A stretch of DNA of 38,187 nt from positions 1 through 38,187 of the forward strand of contig JBBMKC010096967.1 of assembly GCA_037834085.1 (NCBI GenBank), in the 5' to 3' direction. The position numbers were made by a program, and so were the translations under genes. Numbering within the stretch: position 1 is the stretch's first letter; every line of letters starts with the position of its first letter. Origin of the DNA: Bipalium vagum (taxonomy: Eukaryota). Under the pieces are notes generated by a model. The model was not told the origin of the DNA and searched no databases. It saw only the letters and a program-made list of their open reading frames with translations. This document shows positions 25,085 through 35,795 of the stretch, piece after piece.

Positions 25085-25400
25085 AGCATTTATTATTCTC
25101 AAAGTCCTCGAATAAATGTCTACTTTTAACTCAGACAAAAACTCTTTTTCAATTTATTTACAGATAACCGTCTATTAATAAGAGTCTACCTCATAATAAC
25201 TCGATCATATCTCTCTGACGTTCACCAATTTATCCCAGGCTTCGGGATGTTAACTGTTGTTTCAGTTTTTAAATAATTCCTTATGATGGAATTGATTTTG
25301 GAACACACAAAGATACGTTTTTCTGCAATATTCTTCAAAGGCATTCTATTTTTCCTGAAACATACAATCTTATCGCGAATTTCTTGTGGTATTGATTTGT
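25085..25400 (-). mobile_element. Tc1-like transposase N-terminal (paired-like HTH) remnant
   Basis: KSIPQEIRDKIVCFRKNRMPLKNIAEK...IIRNYLKTETTVNIPKPG..TSERYDRVIMR*TLINRRLSVNKL...SRTLR matches the Tc1 N-terminal pattern. Confidence 0.7.
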
Positions 25401-25747
25401 CATTATTTCGCAGGAACCATTGAAACTTTGTATGATTTCAAACCATCCTCCTTTTTGAACATAACCAGGCGACATTTTCACTTTTTTAGCCGTTTCACTA
25501 GAAATTTCGGGATTTTATGAAATGTACGTAACACTTCCTGGGCCTTTTTCTCTGAGACAAATCCCTTCTTTCGTCCACTTCCAACTTTTCTTTCTGTGCT
25601 TAATCGTTTATCGAAGTTTTTAAGCACAATTATTACCGTTGATTTGGCAACATTTAGGCTTTTTGCAATATCTCTGTGAGATAAATCCACATTTTCCAGC
25701 TTTTTACGAAAAATTAATTCGCGAATACTTTCTTTTGGTGAGACCAT
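25400..25747 (-). mobile_element. DD37E (ITmD37E/TRT-like) Tc1/mariner transposase N-terminal remnant
   Basis: MVSPKESIRELIFRKKLENVDLSHRDIAKSLNVAKSTVIIVLKNFDKRLSTERKVGSG...AKKVKMSPGYVQK..GLKSYKVSMVP resembles, from memory, the mosquito ITmD37E pattern SH..LAKSL.VAKSTV..V.K.F.ERLST.RK.GSG...GL.TYK. Confidence 0.75.
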
Positions 25748-27378
25748 TTTTCAAAATTTTATAGAAACTAAAAAATTATAGGTTCTTTATTATAAATTAA
25801 TGATTCAGCTATAGATCCTGCATGCTTATCTATATTTTTACAATTATATCTGAGGTGTCACATGTGTTTGTATGCGACCATTTTTTTCGTATACACTCTT
25901 TAATAGTAATGATTCCAAAATGTTAAAGTATCTACGAAATAAATATTTAAGACAAAGTATTACTTACTGGTGATTAATTATACACTCACTTTTTCAAAGA
26001 TTTATAAATATAATATACTTAGTAAAATCAGTTGAAGTGCATTTTATTAGTGTCTTTATTTACACAAAAATCGATAAAATTAGACTTAAAACAGTGCTGT
26101 TTTTACGCAGTAAGCCGAATTAAATATTTTTAACTTGGAACAATTTCACATTTGTGTGCAAAAATTATAAAATTGCAAGAATTATTGTGTCAGTTGTAAA
26201 TACAATAATTTACGTTACATGAATTACTTACTTCATTGATCACATGCTGTAGAATAAAAAAGTCTGTATTTGGAACTAATTATTCTTTTTAATATTTTAT
26301 AAAAATGTTTTTGGTTCATATATGTCGTGGATATTTTTTTTCGCTCACCCTTCACAAATACTTTTCTTGTAAAATAATAATAATAATAATAATTGTAATA
26401 ATAATATTATTATTATTGTTTACCTACTTATTTTCATTGTCATTATTGTTTTATTGTCATAATTATTATTTATATTATTATAAATAATTTCTTTAATAAT
26501 AATATTTTATTGTTTCATCAAGCAAAAAGCGTCCAGTTTTAAATATTGATTCCCCTACTTCTGTACCAGAGTTATATATCAATTTTCTCCATTTATAAAT
26601 GGTTTTTCAGATATAATACTTAATTTGAACGTGATTTCCTGCCTTTACCTCGGTTTTCCATTTAACAAATGTTTGACAAAGTTCATTTGCATTACAATCA
26701 GCGTCAAAGTTATAAATGATAAAATTTTTCAAGAAAACGCAACTTCATTCCTTTACCAATCTTATAAATCTGTTTTCATTTAACTTGCTTCACTTTTTCA
26801 TCGGGACAGAAAATTGGCTGGAGTTATTTAGAAGAACATTTTTAATAAATTAATTTACTTTAAGAAGGTAATTCACCGTTCTTTTGAGAAATTGTTTCAC
26901 ATATTTTTAGAAAAAGGAGCTGAAAATTATTTTGATAAAAGAATCAATGTAAATAAAAAAATTGCAGTTAAATATGTTCAAGTTTCTGGTTGGAGTTTTG
27001 TTTAAATAACGAATTTTCACACAACAGTTAAAATGTTAAATATTTTCAATCAGTTTGTTCTTATCGATTACTAATCTAAATATGAACTCATTTGTAATGA
27101 AGAGACATCACTAAAAAATTAATACTGGTCAATTAAAATTATCGAATATATTTGATCAAATTGCATGGAATAAATAAATGTACATTGTCAAAAGTGAGTC
27201 ATGTCATCTCATAGTAAAACACAATCATAGATTTTTCTTGACATACTAGTAATTAGAAGATTTATTTCCCGAAATCTTATTACATTTCCTTGTTCCTATC
27301 CTTATATGCTTGTTAGTTGAAAATAGTTGATAACAGGATTCAAGGCCAAAACCGTTTACATTTTCAGTTTTTCTCACA

Positions 27379-27388
27379 TCCCCCTTCT
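27379..27388 (-). promoter_or_regulatory. Polypurine tract
   Basis: AGAAGGGGGA immediately precedes the TG start of the 3' LTR. Confidence 0.85.
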
Positions 27389-27469
27389 ATAATCGACCGA
27401 GTCTCGTACTTCCATTTCCTTTCCTTTAATTTAATTTTTTCACTTTCGAGATCTCGTCCGCACGGTTGT

Positions 27470-27487
27470 GTCTTGGTGTGGTCGCCA
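27470..27487 (-). promoter_or_regulatory. Primer-binding site, tRNA-Arg-type
   Basis: TGGCGACCACACCAAGAC abuts the CA end of the 5' LTR. Its first 10 nt are complementary to a ...GUGGUCG-CCA 3' end, as found in metazoan tRNA-Arg species. Confidence 0.8.
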
Positions 27488-30400
27488 TGTTAGTTGAAAA
27501 TTAATAGGAGAACCGAGATTCTGCTCTGACTGCTGAGTTACATCCCCGAATAATTTTCAATTTATCTCACAATGCTAAGGAAATGATTAATATGAAACAT
27601 TCTGATAAAATTGATAATGACGTTGACATGACCATCAAATGAAGTATAGAGAAAACTTTATTAAGTTGTAAACTTTACATCTTTACATTACTTTAAAAAG
27701 CCATCTGAGTAAACATTCCATTTTGATAAGATGTCTTTTCATCAGTTTTTGAATTTTTAAAATATTTCAATTTTTCTTGTAACTTTCTCAAGGAGAAGAG
27801 GCTGACCTAACCAAAGTAAGGTATCATACCTTTGAAAGGACTTTCAGAAAAAATTGGCAAATCAGTTTGGTTTTCATTTATTAGGAAGATTATGGGTATC
27901 ATTTTTTTGCAAACGTCCTTTTTTGAAATTTTGAAATCGTTAAATATTTGGTCCATAATTTGAGGGTTTCTTTTGCATCTTCCATTATTATGCAGATCGA
28001 TATGAATTTGGAATAAATGAATTAAAACAAATTAAGATTTTCAAAAGTTCCTTCATCAATATAAATCTTCGAGAACAAGACCCAAAAATCACTTTAAAGC
28101 ACGGTCAGTATGTTTGGAAATTGGGACCAAAATTGATTTTTGAGAAAAAGTTTGATTAATTTTATTAAATTTTTCCAATATATTATTTATTTAGAAAATA
28201 TATAATTTTCCTGAAAAAAAGTTAATTGAGAAACAGATTTTGTTTTAATATTTATTGATTCTTAAAAATTTTATTTATATTTTTAAATTGGTAGCAAAAA
28301 ATAAATTATTATTCTTTCAGCAATAAATTTAAGACAGGAAAACAACTATTTTCTTCGTGTTATATTGTTTGTGATGGAAAAAGAATTGATTTCTTTTTTG
28401 TTTTAATTAATTTAATTATTGAATTATAAATAAATTATCAATTCTCATGTTACATGGTCGAATCTCAAAGTTGGGCAATAATGCCTAGCATGTGAATATT
28501 TCCTTTGCCGTGTAACTGAATTGAGAATGATTATTAAAAAAATGAAATTATTATCAAATTATAATAGAGAGAAAACGAAATAAAAATTCCATTTCTTTCC
28601 ATAAAATAAAATCCGGGAAAAAATAGTCCAATTCCCAAGGAAGTGGAAATGAAATGCAAAGCATGGAAAGGATGAATTCGAAAAATTAATCGAGAGGAAA
28701 GCAAGGGCAAATTGACAGAAATCGAAGAAAGGAAATTCGGATGAAAACGTTTCTCAGGACATTTTCGCTAACGACTCATCTTTGTCAACATTCATTAAAA
28801 CAAAGAAATATAATATCACAGCCACGAAGAAGTCGGTGGGTGAGACGAAATCCATATTATTGGAAATTTAACATTTATTGGTATTGATAATTATTGTACA
28901 TTAATTTTTTTTAATTTTTCTTTGAAACAGAAAATCTTCAGTGTTATTGATTGTTTTGTTTTTAATAAAAAATTGTAATATGGAAAAAGAAAAAAATAGT
29001 AATAAGAAAAGAAATTCCTTGAATTTTGTAGAAAATGATTTTATCATAAAGAGATCCCAAAGGCAAAATTAAAACAACTTTTCCGGCTATTTCCATTTAA
29101 CTTACATTGGATTTACTAAAACATATTAATGTGAATGATAATTATTATTTTCGTAATATAAATTATTTTAACAATATTCTTTTATCTGTCATTTCTTTTA
29201 TTTATTTATATTGCTTTCATTTATAATATTGTTTTTGTTTCATTGTAAATAAATTAATGTTTAATTACTTTTGATTTTTAAATAGTTTTTAGAAGGATAA
29301 TATTTTAATAATAATTTCATAAATATGATTTTATTTATTTAACCACTCTTATTTCAATATAATACAATGGTTATTATATTAATTAATTTGATTTTATTTA
29401 CATCTTATTGATTATATTGTTTATTACATAATCGGACATTTCATGTATTACAAACTAATATTACTAATGAAGATTATCATTGTGATTTAATAAGAGTTTT
29501 TATATAATTTTTTACGGCTTTTAGTAATAAATTGAACAAAAATTCCATTTTTAATCTTGCTATGTAAAACATAATAACATATCCTTAACCAAATTTGTAT
29601 TTCTCAGTTTCTTTTCATGACTGGTCTTATCACTTTCACAATGTTAAAATGTTTTATCTCCAGCGACCGTATGGTACGTGTAAAAGAGCAAAGAACTACA
29701 GATAAGAATATCACTAACCAATGAAAAAGAAGAAAAACTACATAAATGGAGTGTTATAATGTGATAAAGTTAATTAAATTAATAATAATTAATGAATATC
29801 TTTGTTGCCTTTTTATCAAAATGTCACAAGTGGTTTTCTGAATTATGTCATGTGAAATAACCGGTCTTCAATACCATAGAGAGCTACATTCAGTGACATG
29901 GTCACGTGTTCTTGGGATTTCATTCCAGCGGCTGCTATAAACCACTTATGTACGTCAATGGAATTTTTCTTCAATAAAAATATGTGTAAAAAGGATAGTT
30001 TTGCGCACACCGCGTTTACAAGAACCAATATAAAATTTAAGAGAATTAAAATTTTAACAAATACTACTTAAACAGTATAAGCAGGCTAATCAAGTGATGA
30101 GAATTTTTAATTTTAAAAATAAAAAAATTAATTAAAAGTATTTTTCAAATATTATTGGTATTTATTATTATACAGTTTAATTTAATGTAATTGAATTTAA
30201 TAAAGTTTAATAAATATTTTAATTATTGTATTATATATTTTAATTTATTATATTTAATAATATGTGAATTTCTTTATCTTTACATTTTATTAAATGCACT
30301 TTAAAATTCAATAAATGAATAATGTTAACATTTGAAAGTATTTCTTAAAATTTATGATGACATTAAAATACCATGGTTTCATAAAATTGGTTTGAAAATT

Positions 30401-30519
30401 AAGATTATTTATGTTACTTCATGAATCATTAACATATTTGTTATTGATTGTAAATCAATAAATATTAATAAACAAAATCCGCAAAAATATCTTTATTCAA
30501 AAATGAAATACATAATTAG

Positions 30520-30910
30520 TAAACGACGGAATCATGTTCGTACACGTTATATATTTTATGTAAAGTCAGAAAGCAGATAAGATTTTATCAGTAAAAATAT
30601 AACTCAAAAATATTAGATCGTATTCTCACGACGAAAAAAGTACAGTATATTCCATTAATTAATTGAATATGCTTATTAAATGCAGCCAGAGGAAATTACC
30701 AGTTGAATTTCATGACGTTTTTTCCTCCATCCATCGAAAAAAAAGCTATAGCCTTAGAGACGTACATAACAAACAAATAAAAAGACATGATAGAACAAGG
30801 AACATATATATGTATTTATACATGCACTTACATAAAAATATAGAAGAGGGCCTGCAAAGAAACTTTCAGACAATAAGAAAATACATCAAAGAAAATGAAA
30901 ATGTTTATAG
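30520..30910 (+). mobile_element. Possible decayed 3' end of a LINE ORF2 (CR1/L2-like)
   Basis: GIMF...QKA.KIL...RKLPVEFHDVFSSIHRKKSYSLRD...DRTRNI...FQTIRKYI resembles the post-RT tail of L2/CR1-group ORF2 (LP..F...F...H.Y.TR...RT...F...K..L). Confidence 0.4.
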
Positions 30911-31819
30911 TAACAGGAAAATATCATATTTTTTGTTTAAATAAAATATTTTTTTAAAAAATTCATTTCAGAAACTTGTAGCATCCTTAAAGGTATTATT
31001 ACTTTATTTTTAGAAGTCTTTTGTTTAAATAAAGTCTCTAAACGAGTGAGACATTTTTCGTATCATTTCTACACAGGTACAATTTTATAATAAAAAAAAA
31101 CATCTTAAAATCTTCATTAATAAAAATTTAACAATAAAAAAGGAAAAAATCGAAAATTTTTTTTTAAAATTTTTAATTAAATTAAATTAAATAATTTCAA
31201 TTCCCCTCTCATATTTGAAGATCATATCATAATAGTAAACCGTCGGGGTCGTAATTTTAATGAAAATCTACATCATTTGTCTTTTCTGTTATCTGTACGC
31301 AGTGAAGATTTCTAAAGAGAATGTATTATGAAAAAATATAATTAAATTTAATTTTTAATTTAATTAATTTAATTTTCAATAAAATATCGTTTTAAAAAAT
31401 TTTGCACATCAAATTAATTTTTTTTTGTAACCAATCATCTCAGAGAAAAAAGATAATATTTTTTATTAATGAATATAAAAGAGAAATGATTTTATTTATT
31501 TTTTCTTTTTTTATTTATTATTATAAGGAAATGAATATATTTAAATTTCTCCTTCTTTTCCTTATAGCTGCGTATTTCGCATTGAAATTCTGATGGGAAT
31601 TTTTGTTTATTTTATTCAGGAAGGCATTCCAGAAATCTCAACAAATGATGTTTATAAAATATTCGATGAAGCGCCTTTGATTTCCATGATTGTTTTATTT
31701 TTTTAGATCTCCCCCCTCTCTCTTGTACTTCTGAATTTATTTATATCGTTTAAACAAAAATGGCTTAATAATTAATCACAGTTATGCAGAGCTTTAATTA
31801 AAATACAATTAAAACAAAT

Positions 31820-32080
31820 CATTATAGTGCTTTCCATTATTGAACATGTTTTCTATTATTAGTTTTTATTGAGCTTTCTTTTTATTACAAGTCTCTTTAA
31901 GAGGTGTTGCTTTCTCAACGTTCATACGGCTTTGTGGATCATTTAAGGGGTGTTTTATGATCAATATCAAAATTTTTCGAAAATCTTTCTTCATTTATTT
32001 TTTTTAATGAGAGAAGTCTTCAAGAAGGCAACTGAACTTGGATCAGGTGGTACAGGCACAATGTTTATTACAGATTTCCC
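31820..32080 (-). mobile_element. Possible very degenerate mariner C-terminal remnant
   Basis: INIVPVPPDPSSVAF..DFSL...NNGKHY loosely matches VPHPPYSPDLAPCDFFLF...NG.Y. Confidence 0.3.
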
Positions 32081-33771
32081 TAGAAAATAGTTCTTAATTA
32101 CCATGTACTTACTCTTGTTATTTTTGTTATGTATTTTCCATACTTAATGTTATTATTGATTTATTTTCTGTCGTTGTCATTTCTGGATAATAATAAAATT
32201 ATATTTTTTTGTATTTTTATTACATCTCCATAGGAAAATGTTTCCACAAAAATAAATATAAAATAATACAAGGCGTAAGATCCGGAAACACGATGGAGCG
32301 CCTTTTAAAATTTATAAAATATTATTATTATTACCAATTTAATTAATTATAATTAATAATTAAACAAATTGACACCAAAAATTTTATACCGAAAAAAACA
32401 AGGTAAGGTGACAGTTCAAAAGCTATTCTCCAAGCCTGAATTTTTCAATTAACATCTATTTTTAACCTTCTGTTAACCTTGAAACCCTTGTTTAAATAGT
32501 GTTTTAACCTTGAACTCCTAATTTTCGTTTCCGATATCAGACGATCAGAAAAGCGTTTGTTCCTCTATAATTAATTTATATAAGCCAACCAAAAGAGAAT
32601 TTGTTACTGAATATTTAATAAATTTATTATATTATTTATTATTTTATCTGTTTGAATTTTAAAAATATATAAATATAATAATATTCCGAGAAATATAAAT
32701 AAATAAAGTATTTTATTGATTTTTTATGTTATAAAATTATATTTATATTGATTTATTTTATCTCAAAATATTAATTAATAAAATACTCTTGTTTTAGAAA
32801 TATTTCACTTTCTTCTTATTATATATCTTCCTTTCCAAATGCCATCCATATTTCCCTAACCCAGTGCTATAAATGAATTTTCTTTTATTTGACATTGGGA
32901 TGGAAGTCATTGGGAAATTTCGATCACTTTCCCAATTGTCAAAGAGTTAAAACAATTTAATAAGCCCTAAATACTGGAATGATAAAAATTGATATTTCCA
33001 ACGAATTTTCTACCGGATTGTTTCGTGCAAACCTCAGATGAAAATCGCAATAAGTGGATTATTTGTAAAGATAAAACATCAATCAAGATCAGTAAAAGTT
33101 TGGCTTTTGTGAATAGATATATGGAATTAGGGAGTTTGCCTTTTCTTCTTTATTGACATAAAACAGATATCACTATCTTACGTGAGAGAAATGTGAAAGT
33201 AAACAATAAAGCGAGATTGTGGAATAAATAACGGAATGAAAATAAAATATTTTCTGATTGTCTAAGGTTTCACTGATTTTCTTTGTCTTCCTTAATTAGA
33301 TTTATATAATCCATATTATTTCTCAGTCTTCTTTTTATTGGTAATAGATATTACCGTTATATATAATACTTTGATGAGGAAAGAATACTTTTATTAAAGC
33401 GAAGGAAAATATCACTTAATTCATGAATTCGAAAAGGTTGGTAACATAAAAAATGATACGAGCGCACTTTCAAATAACAAAGTAATTGCTGTATTTTTCG
33501 ATCTATTAAAGTTTTATATTTGTTAAACAATCGATAATGCACCTTATGTGTGAATTCTGAAATTACATTTAAAACAAAAAAGGCACACGTTAATAATTTA
33601 TGGATAGCATGTGATATAAAGGTTTACGACTTTCAGTGAGCTCCTTTTTGGTGTTTCCTTTTGATGACCTTGCAGCAGCTGCCAAAAGATTATGACTTGA
33701 GGTTGGCACCTTCAGAACTTATATACCTATCCGACTATTTTGTTTCGCTTTATGGAACTTATCCCAAAAAC

Positions 33772-34620
33772 AATTACAGTAATTAAGTATAAAGAAAAAA
33801 TATTAAACATGAAAATTGAAAAAATATTTGTTCACTATTTAGTGAATCAAATTTAGACCTGACTCCAACTCTTGGGTGGTGCAAATAATAACAATCAGTA
33901 AAGCAACAATTGCATTTATATCACACAAACACAAAATTACACATAAATGCAAGAGATAGTCAAGAGTCTGTTATCACAATTAATATCTGAAATGTTTCAC
34001 AAACACAATACAACCCAATAAAAATAATTATAAAGAATGAAGTAAATGTAATGTTTCAGCAATATAATATAATATAAAATCAAAGTTTAATTAAAACAAA
34101 ATATTGCTTTTATACTAAATTAATAATTACTTTTAAAAAGAAAATAAAGTTCACAGAAAATAGAAAGATCTTACAATTTATCTTCTGATAAAACAACCGA
34201 GTTATCATCTGAGCCCTAACGGTTGCTCACCGTTAACCCGCTGATGGGGAATTTTAAGCATAGTCTCAGTAATTAAATAAACGTTGAAATACTTGTGAAT
34301 AGAACTGTAATCTCCTTCCTTTGTAGAAATCTTCTTCAGTATTCGTTCTTTATAGAAATCCGCTTCAGTATCCTTCCTTTATAGAATTCTGCTTCATTAT
34401 TCTACTCAAATGACAATAATTATAAGAACGTTTTCCTAGGGGTGAAATTATGCTAGAATCCCTCTGCTTATATACTATTCTGAAACTGATCTTCATCTGG
34501 AGATTATTGTTGAAATAATCTCAAAATTAATCTTAAAATTCTCAAAATTTTATTAAAACTCTAGAATTCCCTACAAAATTATTTTCTGATGATCATTAAT
34601 ATTTGTAACTTCCCTCTTTT
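33772..34620 (-). mobile_element. Putative Gypsy-like 3' LTR with adjoining polypurine tract
   Basis: On the minus strand, PPT AAAAGAGGGA (34620-34611) is followed by AGTTAC at 34610. Two ATTCTAG motifs and TATATAAG (34474-34467) lie in the U3 position, followed by a 3x29-bp repeat and a hairpin. The candidate end is GTAATT at 33772; this left boundary is uncertain. Confidence 0.5.
34313..34399. repeat. Three imperfect tandem copies of a 29-bp unit
   Basis: tccttcctttgtagaaatcttcttcagta / ttcgttctttatagaaatccgcttcagta / tccttcctttatagaattctgcttcatta. Confidence 0.9.
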
Positions 34621-35559
34621 GGACTTCTTTAAAAAAATTACTTTTGGAGGGTTGTTTTATTTTCTAAGTATTTTCAAACTAAAAATATCTGTAAATTTTT
34701 AATTTTTTCTCGAGTGTTAATTAATTAATTATTATTATTATTTTAACATCTACCGTTTTCATGATTTTCCTTGGTTATATTTTACCTTGGGGAGTCTTTG
34801 ATAAACCAAAAATATTTAATATTTACAACATATTTAATATTTTCTTTTAAATATACTTTTCCGAAACTTCTTGAACGAACCATGTAAAATACTATTATTG
34901 GAAATGTTCATACTCTTTATAATAAGTCTTGTTTCTTTCGTGGTTTTATTGTTAACTTAAAAACCTATAAGAATTGATCTCATTATTATTAAGTCTCAAG
35001 GTGGAAATCATTAGAATTAATGAACTAAAGTGATCAACAAACGACCAATAGAAAATCATTGCTTGTTCTATAAATAGATTTCCATGACGCTTCTTACGAT
35101 CTTAAAATCTTGAAAATACACAAACTCAAAACATATGTAATTTTGCGAATAAAATAATTGTTCCGTTTTAATTAAACAATAAAATAAATATAATAGCAAT
35201 TTTATTGTTCTTATTTTTTATTCTTTTTTATTCATTACGCTCAAAATCTATATCATAAAACACATTTTTAAAAAATTACTATATAAAAAATATTATAATT
35301 AAGTCAAACTTATAAATATAATAATATAAATAAACCTCTCAATTTGTTCATTATTTAACATTCGCCTCTTTTCAGAGTTAAAATATTCATTAATTTCTCC
35401 TATTCCCGTATTATTAATAAGATAATGATATCAAACTTTATGAGGTATTGATCAGGATATGAATATTGATTAAATATTAGATTTGTCAAAGTATGAAATT
35501 TCAGATAGTCAATATTAAATATAATCAAACAAATTTAAAATATCCTAAAAACATTTTTT

Positions 35560-35795
35560 AAATTAAACTATTTCCTTTTAGTGTTCAATCCTTTGCCAAC
35601 GAGATAATAGTTTAGTAATTATTTTTTAAATAAATCTCACGATTTTTGAAATCGGAATGCTGAGCTATGGTCGTTTTCGATGGTGCCTTGGTCGCGGAAA
35701 ATGTTATTGCAAGATGTAAATCAATGTCTTGATTAAGTGATAATCTTGTGGGGAAGGATCCAGAGAATAAGGTGGACGAGGTAAAACTTGATCAT
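35560..35795 (-). mobile_element. Mariner C-terminal remnant (cecropia-like)
   Basis: QVLPRPPYSLDPSPQDYHLIKTL, TFRDQGTIEN and KLLSRWQR match EVLPHPPYSPDLSPTDYHFFKHL...KL.SRWQKC. Confidence 0.75.

Larger units (their letters stand above)
27311..27571 (-). mobile_element. Complete 261-bp TRIM (non-autonomous LTR retrotransposon) with tRNA-Ala-derived LTRs
   Basis: Minus-strand layout: 5' LTR 27571-27488 (TGTGAGA...AACTAACA), PBS TGGCGACCAC... from 27487, a 109-bp internal region ending in PPT AGAAGGGGGA (27388-27379), and 3' LTR 27378-27311 (TGTGAGA...AACTAACA). Exact 5-bp TSD ATGCT at 27306-27310 and 27572-27576. Confidence 0.92.

Noticed and set aside
26520-27080. hAT/BED-finger transposase remnant on the minus strand
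   Set aside because: Only a faint C..C / TRNL resemblance, too degenerate to support.
34205-34246. Pseudoknot or ribozyme around the LTR hairpin
   Set aside because: The linker lengths make the GAGC/GCTC pseudoknot sterically implausible, so it is kept only as a hairpin.
34313-34399. CRISPR-like array
   Set aside because: Head-to-tail tandem units without spacers, in eukaryotic DNA.
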